In this document: one piece after another, positions 50,501 to 58,548 of the stretch
How the letters are laid out: each line of letters begins with the position of its first letter
Position numbering within the stretch: the stretch's first letter is position 1
Assembly: GCA_947495775.1 (NCBI GenBank)
Contig: CANMAQ010000010.1
Coordinates: 22,693 to 86,692 of the forward strand
Direction of reading: 5' to 3'
Origin: Tamlana algarum
Lineage (GTDB): Bacteria; Bacteroidota; Bacteroidia; Flavobacteriales; Flavobacteriaceae
Length of the DNA: 64,000 bases
Program-made: the position numbers and the translations under genes
The notes under the pieces: model-generated
Database searches by the model: none
Told to the model about the DNA's origin: nothing
What the model saw: only the letters and a program-made list of their open reading frames with translations

Positions 50501-50851
50501 TTAGAACGTACCCATAAAGGCTTTAAAAAACACATCTTACCTCAAGAAGCTCAATTTAGCCCTATCAATCAAATATTGGTTAGAGATATCAACAAAGATG
50601 GAAACTTAGACATTTTAACAGCTGGAAATTTATATGCATCGGAAGTCGAAACACCAAGAGCTGATGCTGGCTATGGTCTCTTCGCAAAAGGCAATGGCGA
50701 AGGTAAGTTTACCCCTTTATCACCCTCTTCAAGTGGCTTCTTTACGGGAGGAGATGTTAAAGACATGGCTTTTATTACCATAAATAAAATGCCATATATC
50801 TTGTCTGTTAAAAACAATGACTTTTTACAATTTATTAAAATAAAAAAATAA
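47528..50851 (+). CDS. FG-GAP/VCBS repeat lipoprotein with ASPIC/UnbV domain (CRTAC1-like)
   Basis: Many DxDNDGxxD repeats, GFQSS...LHFGLG...I.WPDG (ASPIC/UnbV), lipobox TSC. Confidence 0.9.
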   Translation: MKITHYFILFCFVFNYTSCKKNAVETPPNKNTKSTPLFQQLKKDTTGITFANILTENDTLNYFTYPYLYMGGGISAGDINNDGLTDLFFTGNMVANKLYLNKGNLKFEDITDSANISGDNRWYTGTTMADVNNDGFLDIYCLVGGQSQPKQNQLFINNGDHTFTESAKAYGLDDIGNSVDASFFDYDNDGDLDVYVANYPITPFNYNSYNYKMRMDRVTDVETDNLYRNDGKTFTKVTEAAHVKLYSLSLSVTVADLNNDGWFDLYVSNDFGTPDCMYINNQDGTFTDKIKETTQHTSFYGMGVDIADFNNDGLLDILQMDMDAASNRRSKANMASMNPKLFTNIEKAGFQYQYMQNTLQLGLGNHGGSTPKFSDISRLAGLSSTDWSWAPLFVDLDNDGWKDIFISNGTRREINNKDYFAALRGKKKHKDSLLSKSLKIPAEKLDNYVFKNNKNLTFEKANQDWGLTYKGFSNGAVYVDLDNDGDLEILTNNIDDAVTLFENKSAEKHNYITFNFTGHPKNTFGLGTKVDIDLEEFQQTQTLTLSRGFQSSVAPQLHFGLGTATKIKAAKISWPDGKIQILNDVKANQHITANYKDATLAKSSNSAKTAIDSHLFDSYADTLALYKHKENVFDDFKYEVLLPHKTSQFGPGITVGDLNGDGLDDFYVGAASKYPGGLFFQTQDGRFEQQKLKLLLEDRFHEDIGALIFDADNDGDNDLYIVSGGNEFGTTSKRLQDRLYVNRGDGHFYKSKFALPEFTSSGSRVVANDYDKDGDIDLFVCGRLTPANYPYPANSYLLENISKRGRPQFKKANSKEADFSKLGLVTTALWMDYDKDGWDDLFVSGEWMPIKVFKNTKGAFKDVTKSLGLEDTVGWWFSLASGDFDKDGDLDLICGNLGLNYKYKANAEETFDIYFNDFDENNRNDIVLSYYNEGKKYPVRGRECSSQQIPSIKKQFKNYTDFSTATLTDVYDETKLKKGLHYQVKSFASIYLERTHKGFKKHILPQEAQFSPINQILVRDINKDGNLDILTAGNLYASEVETPRADAGYGLFAKGNGEGKFTPLSPSSSGFFTGGDVKDMAFITINKMPYILSVKNNDFLQFIKIKK

Positions 50852-51060
50852 CACTATGTTCATAACAAACAGTTATATAAGCACTTCCAAACCTTTCCCT
50901 TAGAAGATAAGTACATAGAATTTATAACAAAAATAATGCATTTTATAGTAGACGTGTTGTATGTCTATATAAGACTCTAAAAGTTTTATTAGCTTTAAGA
51001 GCATTAAAATAAAACGAAGAAACTTCTAATTATAACTTTTAAACCAAAACTATTCTAGTG

Positions 51061-52677
51061 ATGAAAAAAACTCAAAAAATATTAACTTTTATATCGGTCC
51101 TATTAGTCATTTACTCGTGTAAAGATGATGAATTTGAAGCTACGCTGTTTGCTGCTGCTGCACCTTCTGAAGTGCAAACCGAAATTGAGGTCGCAGAAGA
51201 TAACTCTGGACTGGTTACTGTTGCTCCTTCTGCTGTAGGTGCGTCGTCTTTTCAAGTCTTTTTTGGAGACCCTAGCAATTCACAAGCACTCGTTGGAAGA
51301 GACAAAACACCTACAAACGTTTACCCTGAAGGCAATTACACCATACGAATAGTCGCTATAGCTCCCAATGATAAAACTACTGAAATCACACAAGATATTT
51401 TTGTGGAAACCACACGAATCTTAAATTTTGATAGTGGTTTAGTAAGGTCTGAAACCGCTAGAGAAGTGAGCGTAACGCCTGCCGCTGATAACACTACAGA
51501 TTTTGAAATTAACTTTGGTGATGGGACAACAGAAACTGTCGCACCTGGCGAAAGTGTAAGACACCTCTATCCTATGGGTGGCGATTTTGATATCGTAACC
51601 ACTGCCAGTAGTAGTGAAACTGGCAAATCGGAGCAATTCATGGAAACTGTAAGTTTTAATGCTGGTGATTTAGATCTATCATTATCTTTTGATGACCCTT
51701 TAACAGAATACGAGTTCTCTAATTTTGGAGGCGTGTCTACAGAAATTGTACCAAATCCTAACTTATCTGGAACTAACGATACAGCATCTAACGTTCTTGC
51801 AGTAACAAATTCTGGGACTGCCTTTGAAGGTTTCGCTTATGAATTATTGTCGCCTGTTAACTTTGGCGCTGCTTTAAAAGTAATTAATGTAGATGTCTTT
51901 TATGATGGTGAGAATACAATTCCTATCACGTTACAATTTGACGATGGGGTTAACGGCGAACGTGGAGCCGAAGTTGTTGCGCAACACACTGGATCTGGAT
52001 GGGAAACTTTAGAATTTGATTTTGCTAATGCTTCTAAAGTATTTATACAAGGAGATCCAGAAAACTCTCAACCTATCGCTGCAACAGGTCGATACACTAA
52101 AATAGTATTTTTTGCTGATGGGCCTGGCACCACGCAAGGTACGGTTCTTGTTGACAATATTAGACGTGCAATAGATAACAGCGTCCCTGAATTTGAGGTT
52201 AACTTTGAAGACGAAATATTAGAAGGTATTGTTGAATTTGGAGCGCCTATAAGAATTGTAGATAATCCTTTTTCAACAGGAATAAATACATCTGCAAAAG
52301 TCCTAGAAATCAACAGAGGAGAAGGTGAATTTCAAGGATCTGGATTCTCTATTCCTAATTTAGACTTGACTACAGAGGATAAAATAGTAACGGTAAAACT
52401 TTACTCTACCGTAGCTGGTATGTTTGCGGTAGATGTGAAAGAAGGTCTTAATGGTGCGCGATCTGCAAGTGTTTCAGCACCTCATAGTGGTTCTGGCTGG
52501 GAAGAATTAACATTCGACTATTCGAATGCTACAAAAGCCTTTGAACCAAACGACGACACAAATTTCTCTCCTCTGCCAGCCGAACAGGTTGGTGTTTATA
52601 CTCAACTCATTTTTATTGTAAATGGACCATCAACAGATTCTGGAATATTCTATATGGATGATGTTATCAAAAAATAA
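51061..52677 (+). CDS. PKD-domain surface glycan-binding lipoprotein with two tandem CBM-like domains
   Basis: Lipobox YSC-KDDE, two PKD-like FGD motifs, duplicated HxGSGWExLxFD(F/Y)xNA domains. Confidence 0.85.
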   Translation: MKKTQKILTFISVLLVIYSCKDDEFEATLFAAAAPSEVQTEIEVAEDNSGLVTVAPSAVGASSFQVFFGDPSNSQALVGRDKTPTNVYPEGNYTIRIVAIAPNDKTTEITQDIFVETTRILNFDSGLVRSETAREVSVTPAADNTTDFEINFGDGTTETVAPGESVRHLYPMGGDFDIVTTASSSETGKSEQFMETVSFNAGDLDLSLSFDDPLTEYEFSNFGGVSTEIVPNPNLSGTNDTASNVLAVTNSGTAFEGFAYELLSPVNFGAALKVINVDVFYDGENTIPITLQFDDGVNGERGAEVVAQHTGSGWETLEFDFANASKVFIQGDPENSQPIAATGRYTKIVFFADGPGTTQGTVLVDNIRRAIDNSVPEFEVNFEDEILEGIVEFGAPIRIVDNPFSTGINTSAKVLEINRGEGEFQGSGFSIPNLDLTTEDKIVTVKLYSTVAGMFAVDVKEGLNGARSASVSAPHSGSGWEELTFDYSNATKAFEPNDDTNFSPLPAEQVGVYTQLIFIVNGPSTDSGIFYMDDVIKK

Positions 52678-52735
52678 ATTCTAATTTTAAGTAATTATAG
52701 ACTAATATAACCTTAATTACTATACTTAAATTATT

Positions 52736-52763
52736 CCCCTAAGTACTCTAATGTGCTTAGGGG
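52736..52763 (+). other. intra-PUL hairpin before the GH3 gene
   Basis: CCCCTAAGTAC-TCTAAT-GTGCTTAGGGG, no clear T-tract. Confidence 0.55.
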
Positions 52764-52778
52764 TTAATAAAATTTCAG

Positions 52779-55082
52779 ATGAAACTAAAAACAAAAATTG
52801 CAGGATTATTGCCATTACTCACGGCTGTACTTTTATCATGTTCAGCACAAGGGCAACCAGACTCCTATTCTAAAAACCCTAAGATAAATAGAAAGGTAGA
52901 CTCCTTATTACAACTTATGACGCTTAAGGAGAAAATAGGCCAAATGAACCAATACAATGGTTTTTGGGATGTTACTGGCCCTGGACCAAAAGACGGTAAT
53001 GCAAAAGTAAAATACGACCACTTACGAGAAGGCTTAGTGGGGTCTATGCTTAATGTTAAAGGCGTAGAACAAGTTAAAGCCGTTCAAAAAATAGCCGTTG
53101 AAGAGACCCGATTAGGAATTCCGCTTATCATTGGGTTTGATGTCATACATGGTTATAAAACATTAAATCCTATTCCTTTGGCCGAAGCCGCCAGTTGGGA
53201 TTTAGACGCCATAAAAAAATCATCTAGTGTAGCAGCCGCAGAAGCTGCAGCAGCTGGTATAAATTGGACCTTTGCACCAATGGTAGATATTTCTAGAGAT
53301 GCCCGTTGGGGACGTGTTATGGAAGGCGCTGGAGAAGATCCGTTTTTGGGCAGTAAAATTGCCAAAGCTAGAGTAGAAGGCTTCCAAGGTAATGACCTGT
53401 CTGCTCCAAATACCATAGCTGCTTGTGCTAAACATTTTGCCGCTTATGGTTTTTCTGAAGCAGGAAAAGAATACAATACAGTAGATATAGGCAGTTCTAC
53501 ACTATACAACACGGTATTACCGCCATTTAAAGCTGCTTCCGACAGTGGTGTTAAAACCATGATGAATTCCTTTAACGAACTTAATGGTGTGCCAGCCACA
53601 GGTAACGCCTATTTGCTTAGAGACATTTTAAAAGGCAAATGGGGTTTTAAAGGTTTTGTGGTATCAGACTGGGCTTCAATAAAAGAAATGGTAACATGGG
53701 GCTATGCACAACATAAAAAAGACGCTTCTCGACTTGCAGCTCTTGCAGGCTGTGATTTAGATATGGAGTCTAATGCTTATGTTTTCGAACTTGAAACTTT
53801 AGTAAAAGAAGGTGCTGTTAAGGAAGCAATTATCGATGAAGCTGTTCGTAGAATTTTAACCGTAAAACACGAATTAGGTTTATTTGAAGACCCTTATAGA
53901 TACTGTGATGCGAAAAGAGAAAAAACCGTAATTAACAGTAAAGCCCATCACGCTGCAGCTCTAGATATGGCTAAAAAGTCTATCGTGTTGTTAAAAAACG
54001 AAAACCAATTACTACCGCTCAAAAAGAAAGGTCAAACCATAGCACTTATAGGTGGATTAGCTGCAGATACCAACAGCCCTTTAGGAAGTTGGAGGTTGGC
54101 TTCTAAAGATAGTACAGCGGTATCTGTACTACAAGGTATGGAGTCCTACAAAGGCAACAAACTTATCTATGCCAAAGGTGCTGATGTTAACAAAAGTGAA
54201 ACAGAATTCACCATACACATCAAATTAAATACAGATGACAAAAGCGGATTTAGTGAAGCTGTTGCTGCAGCTAAAAAAGCAGATGTTGTGGTTATGGTAT
54301 TGGGAGAGCATGGTTTTCAAAGTGGCGAAGGTAGAAGTAGGACAGAATTAGGATTACCTGGAGTACAACAAGAACTTTTAGAAGCCGTTTACGCTGTTAA
54401 CAAAAAAATAGTACTTGTTCTAAATAATGGAAGACCGCTCACTATAAATTGGGCTAATAACCATGTTCCTACCATTGTAGAAGCTTGGCAATTAGGATCG
54501 CAAACGGGGCATGCTGTAGCGCAAGTCTTGTACGGCGACTATAACCCTAGTGGAAAATTACCAATGACTTTTCCTAGAAACGTGGGACAAATTCCAATTT
54601 ACTACAACTACAAAAATACGGGAAGGCCTGTAAGCGAACAATCTAATAATCCTGATTTTGTATTTTGGTCTCACTATAGTGATGTAGAAAACTCACCATT
54701 ATTCCCTTTTGGACACGGTTTGAGTTACACGACATTTAAATACAAAAACATCAAACGTTCTAAAGCAACATACCGTCTTAATGAGACCGTATCGGTAACA
54801 TGCGATATATCAAATACGGGGAAACTTAAAGGTAAGGAAGTTGTACAGTTGTACATTAGAGACCTACACGCTAGTGTAACACGACCTATTAGAGAGCTTA
54901 AAGGCTTCAAGCAAATAGAATTAGCCCCTGGAGAAACACAAAAGGTAAGCTTTACCTTAACTAAAGACGAACTAGGATTTTATAACAATACAGGCAACTT
55001 TGTCGTAGAGCCCGGTAAATTTGAAGTATTTATTGGAGGAAGCTCCTATACGAGCCTTAAAACAACTTTTGATTTAAAGTAA
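52779..55082 (+). CDS. bglX: GH3 beta-glucosidase (BglX-like)
   Basis: LKEKIGQM, DVIHG, RWGRVMEGAGEDP, CAKHF, nucleophile FVVSDW, KEVVQLY Fn3-like tail. Confidence 0.95.
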   Translation: MKLKTKIAGLLPLLTAVLLSCSAQGQPDSYSKNPKINRKVDSLLQLMTLKEKIGQMNQYNGFWDVTGPGPKDGNAKVKYDHLREGLVGSMLNVKGVEQVKAVQKIAVEETRLGIPLIIGFDVIHGYKTLNPIPLAEAASWDLDAIKKSSSVAAAEAAAAGINWTFAPMVDISRDARWGRVMEGAGEDPFLGSKIAKARVEGFQGNDLSAPNTIAACAKHFAAYGFSEAGKEYNTVDIGSSTLYNTVLPPFKAASDSGVKTMMNSFNELNGVPATGNAYLLRDILKGKWGFKGFVVSDWASIKEMVTWGYAQHKKDASRLAALAGCDLDMESNAYVFELETLVKEGAVKEAIIDEAVRRILTVKHELGLFEDPYRYCDAKREKTVINSKAHHAAALDMAKKSIVLLKNENQLLPLKKKGQTIALIGGLAADTNSPLGSWRLASKDSTAVSVLQGMESYKGNKLIYAKGADVNKSETEFTIHIKLNTDDKSGFSEAVAAAKKADVVVMVLGEHGFQSGEGRSRTELGLPGVQQELLEAVYAVNKKIVLVLNNGRPLTINWANNHVPTIVEAWQLGSQTGHAVAQVLYGDYNPSGKLPMTFPRNVGQIPIYYNYKNTGRPVSEQSNNPDFVFWSHYSDVENSPLFPFGHGLSYTTFKYKNIKRSKATYRLNETVSVTCDISNTGKLKGKEVVQLYIRDLHASVTRPIRELKGFKQIELAPGETQKVSFTLTKDELGFYNNTGNFVVEPGKFEVFIGGSSYTSLKTTFDLK

Positions 55083-55103
55083 ATAATTATCTCTATTTCT
55101 TAT

Positions 55104-55134
55104 AAAAAAAGACTGCTACATGCAGTCTTTTTTT
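55104..55134. terminator. bidirectional intrinsic terminator
   Basis: AAAAAAAGACTGC-TACAT-GCAGTCTTTTTTT. Confidence 0.85.
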
Positions 55135-55771
55135 ATGTTTGGCTTCCTGATACCATTTGATTTGGAAACAACTTTGCGTACCTATCTTTCCCTAAATCTG
55201 TTAAATAAGGGTACAAACTTTGGCTCACTAGACTGCTATAGTCCTTTATTGCCTTTTTATGTAACGTATCTTCCTGAATAAGTATAGAGGAAAACCAAAA
55301 ATTACTAATCACTTCAATACGCTTAAAAACACTAAGGTATTCATCATGTAAAGCTTCTCTTCGAAATAATCCTTCAGCAATGAGTACCTGTATACTATCT
55401 AGAAATGCAATCTCCCGCTGTTTGGATACTTCAGAATAATGCGCTTTTATTTTACTATTATTTCTTATTATCGTTGTAAAATCTAATAAGAAAAAATGAT
55501 ACTCAAAAAGCATATGAATAAGTCCATCGGCACTATTAAAAAAAGATTTAAATACATCCTCTGATTCTAAAAAGACAATCGCATCTATTTTTTTTACTAA
55601 AGCAAAATAGTGTGCTTCTACTATAGCTTCTCGCTTTTTAAAATGGTACTGTAAATTCCCAACACTAATACCAACGCCTTCTGCTATCGTTCTTAAAGAC
55701 ACGTTTGAAATCCCATGCGTATTAAAAAGCTGTAACGAAGCCGCCAATATCTTTCCTTTTGTTGCATTCAT
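55133..55771 (-). CDS. TetR/AcrR family transcriptional regulator
   Basis: TKGKILAASLQLF...SLRTIAEGVGISVGNLQYHFKKRE. Confidence 0.95.
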   Translation of the reverse strand: MNATKGKILAASLQLFNTHGISNVSLRTIAEGVGISVGNLQYHFKKREAIVEAHYFALVKKIDAIVFLESEDVFKSFFNSADGLIHMLFEYHFFLLDFTTIIRNNSKIKAHYSEVSKQREIAFLDSIQVLIAEGLFRREALHDEYLSVFKRIEVISNFWFSSILIQEDTLHKKAIKDYSSLVSQSLYPYLTDLGKDRYAKLFPNQMVSGSQT

Positions 55772-55837
55772 AAGTACAAAGATATCTTTTTTAGTACAAT
55801 CGTACTAATTTAATTATTTTTAGTAGATTTGTACTAC
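55771..55837. promoter_or_regulatory. divergent promoters with TetR-type palindromic operators
   Basis: Perfect TTAGTAC-AATC-GTACTAA (55791-55808); variant TTAGTAG-ATTT-GTACTAC (55820-55837) covering the + strand -7 box TAGATTTG; minus-strand -7 box TATCTTTG at 55784-55777. Confidence 0.75.
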
Positions 55838-55854
55838 ACTAAAACTTGTATTTT

Positions 55855-56988
55855 ATGACTATAGATATTATAGGCGGCGGCATAGGGGGGCTAACGACAG
55901 CTATTGCGCTTAAAAAAAAAGGTTACAAAATTAGAGTTTTTGAACAAGCTAAAACCTTAAAAAACGTTGGAGCGGGTATTATTTTAGCAAATAATGCCAT
56001 GCAGATATACGAAAAATTAGGGCTAAAAAATGCCATAGAAAGTAAGGGAGAGCCTATTTCTGCAATGCATATTACAACGTTAAATTTAAACTCCATATCT
56101 AAAATTGACCTAACGTATTTTGAGAAAAAACAGATGGTTAAAAATATTGCCGTACATCGTGGTACTCTGCAAGACATTTTATCAAGCCAGCTCGCGTCCA
56201 CTGAATTATATTTGGAGCACCATCTAGACACGATTAAACCCTTTAACACAGGGTACATCTTAAAATTTAAGGATGGCATCTCTATAGAATCTTCTAAACT
56301 TATCGGTGCCGATGGTATACACTCTACAGTACGTCAACATTTATTTTCTAATACACGCATACGCGATGCGAAACAAATATGTTGGCGAGGACTTACGAAT
56401 TTCAAATTACCGAGCACTTATACTAATGCTCTGTATGAAGCTTGGGGTAAATCAGAACGTTTCGGATTCGTTAAAATCGCCGAAGATAAAGTCTATTGGT
56501 ATGCGCTAAAGTCTATCACTTCTGCCACAGAAATACACAATCCTAAAGCAATCCAGAACTATTATAAGTCATACCACCCTGTTATAAAAGCGCTATTAGC
56601 GGCTACTGAAACAACAGCTATTCATACCGCTAAAATATTCGACTTAAACCCTTTACACACATGGCATACAGGAAATGTATGTCTTATTGGCGACGCCGCC
56701 CATGCCATGACGCCTAACCTAGGTCAAGGTGCTTGCCAAGCCATTGAAGATGCCTATATTTTGGCAGAATGCGTAGACAAATATGATGACACTACTAGCT
56801 TTGCTACTTTTCAAAACATAAGATTACCTAAAGCGCATCGCGTTGTTAATACCAGTTGGAGACTTGGTAAAATTGCACATCTCTCTCACCCTATTTTAAT
56901 AGCTTTAAGAAATACACTTATGCGATGTATGCCGGCTGCTCTTAACAGAAAACAATCAGAATACATCTTTCAAATATCTAAATTATGA
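55855..56988 (+). CDS. class A FAD-dependent monooxygenase (UbiH/salicylate-hydroxylase-like)
   Basis: ATG at 55855; GGGIGG, VGAGI, IGADGIHS.VR, IGDAAHAMTPNLGQGACQAIED. Confidence 0.92.
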   Translation: MTIDIIGGGIGGLTTAIALKKKGYKIRVFEQAKTLKNVGAGIILANNAMQIYEKLGLKNAIESKGEPISAMHITTLNLNSISKIDLTYFEKKQMVKNIAVHRGTLQDILSSQLASTELYLEHHLDTIKPFNTGYILKFKDGISIESSKLIGADGIHSTVRQHLFSNTRIRDAKQICWRGLTNFKLPSTYTNALYEAWGKSERFGFVKIAEDKVYWYALKSITSATEIHNPKAIQNYYKSYHPVIKALLAATETTAIHTAKIFDLNPLHTWHTGNVCLIGDAAHAMTPNLGQGACQAIEDAYILAECVDKYDDTTSFATFQNIRLPKAHRVVNTSWRLGKIAHLSHPILIALRNTLMRCMPAALNRKQSEYIFQISKL

Positions 56989-57410
56989 TTTTAATACTTC
57001 TATCTATCGCTTTATGTATTGTGTACACACTATTTGGCGTTTTTCATTTTTATTGGTTATTTGGTGGTACTTGGGGCTTAAGTAAAGTTATTCCTTCTAC
57101 AACTGAAAAGGTTACGACTCTGGCAATTCCTAAGTTCGCTACAGTAGTCGTAGCTGTTGTATTCATCATTTTTGGAAGCTTTTATCTTATTAAAGCGAAC
57201 GTAATTAAGTTTAACATCCCCATTTGGTTGTCACCATATATCTATTGGTCGATTCCTTCCATTTTTATTTTGCGAGCTATTGGAGAATTTAAATATGTTG
57301 GTTTCTTTAAAACCATAAAACATACTGAATTTGCTAAAGCAGATTCGACATTCTTCTCGCCTTTGTGCTTAGGTTTAGGAAGCATTGGATTTCTAATAGA
57401 ATGCCTTTAA
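56985..57410 (+). CDS. DUF3995-type membrane protein
   Basis: HFYWLFGG.WG, LRAIGEFKYVGFFK, D...FSPLCL; 4-nt overlap with the monooxygenase gene. Confidence 0.8.
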   Translation: MILILLSIALCIVYTLFGVFHFYWLFGGTWGLSKVIPSTTEKVTTLAIPKFATVVVAVVFIIFGSFYLIKANVIKFNIPIWLSPYIYWSIPSIFILRAIGEFKYVGFFKTIKHTEFAKADSTFFSPLCLGLGSIGFLIECL

Positions 57411-57775
57411 TCCAATTATACCAATCATAAAAGAGGTCTACTTATTACTTAAAGTTTCCAATACTTTAAGGTGCACAAAGCGCGTACGCTGTATTTTATG
57501 TATTCTTTAATGTCTAGCCCCGCAAATATTAGCACTACTTTACAAACGACAACAGTCCCACTTATATACCATATCTAAATTCTAAAAACAGATCAAAGCA
57601 TACGGAAAAACCTTAGGTAATATCTGTTAAATTTCATGAAATGAGGGAAAAAATAAGATTTAAATGCTGCATGTTCTATTTATAAATTATTCCTTTGCAA
57701 CATAGACAGTTAACACATCATTAAATCATTTTTCTGATAGAGAAGAAACTATTTTATAATTTCAAATACCACCAG

Positions 57776-57920
57776 ACAACAACAAAATCGTAAAATCGAT
57801 ACAAAAAAGCCAAATTTCATAGATGATACCGTAGCAAAGCATTTAGTATTGCTATTTGCCTATTTCACTAAACCAAATACAATTAATTACCTCAATTTTA
57901 GGGTAATATATTGTCGTTGT
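57776..57920. repeat. 145-bp element bounded by imperfect inverted repeats
   Basis: ACAACAACAAAAT (57776-57788) vs ATATTGTCGTTGT (57908-57920), 11 of 13 complementary, with internal hairpins. Confidence 0.4.
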
Positions 57921-57993
57921 AAGATATATTCTATAAATTAGCACCCTTGTTACCTCATTTTATTTTTTTGAAGTAACAAACTATAAGCATTCT

Positions 57994-58497
57994 ATGGATA
58001 GAGAAATTATACCATTTGATCAATTGTACTTAAATGCCGTAGACCCTGACGGTGTTATATCTTCATTTATTTCTGGACATCTCATGATTGAATTCATGCT
58101 TATTAAATTAGTAGAAATAGATTCTTTCAAATTATCTGATTGTGAAGACAAAATTACCCATTGTAGACTTATAGTGCTTGCTGAAGGGCTTGAATTAATA
58201 TCTGAATCTCAAGCTAATGTTTTACTAAATATCAATACGGTACGAAATAAATTCACTTACAATATAGCTTATAGACCAACTGTAGAAGAAATTAAACATT
58301 TATTTATAATTGCAAAAGAAAGCTTCAAAGATTTAAATTGCGGTCTTATTAAAGGTATTGCAGAACTAGAAGGCAAAACGTCTATATACGAATGTAAACC
58401 TTATATCTATGCCAACCTCTTTACCCAAATAGCTTACGATCTTCATGAGATATATCAAGAATTTAGTGGAGACATCATACAAATCAAAAAACAATAA
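57994..58497 (+). CDS. orphan hypothetical protein, MtlR/HEPN-like fold with a degenerate RxxxxH motif
   Basis: GHLMIEFML helix and INTVRNKFTY (Y where RNxxAH has H). Confidence 0.6.
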   Translation: MDREIIPFDQLYLNAVDPDGVISSFISGHLMIEFMLIKLVEIDSFKLSDCEDKITHCRLIVLAEGLELISESQANVLLNINTVRNKFTYNIAYRPTVEEIKHLFIIAKESFKDLNCGLIKGIAELEGKTSIYECKPYIYANLFTQIAYDLHEIYQEFSGDIIQIKKQ

Positions 58498-58548
58498 CCA
58501 AAAGCGATAATCTCCTTTATTTAAAAGCAAAGACACGGCGCTACTTAT

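Larger units (their letters stand above)
37118..55082 (+). other. polysaccharide utilization locus, probably beta-1,3-glucan (laminarin)
   Basis: Co-oriented GH16 + HTCS + SusC + SusD + FG-GAP/ASPIC + PKD lipoprotein + GH3. Substrate inferred from the GH16/GH3/PKD combination. Confidence 0.8.

Noticed and set aside
55855-56988. Calling the monooxygenase TetX
   Set aside because: Only general class A FMO motifs are visible; nothing specific supports tetracycline activity.
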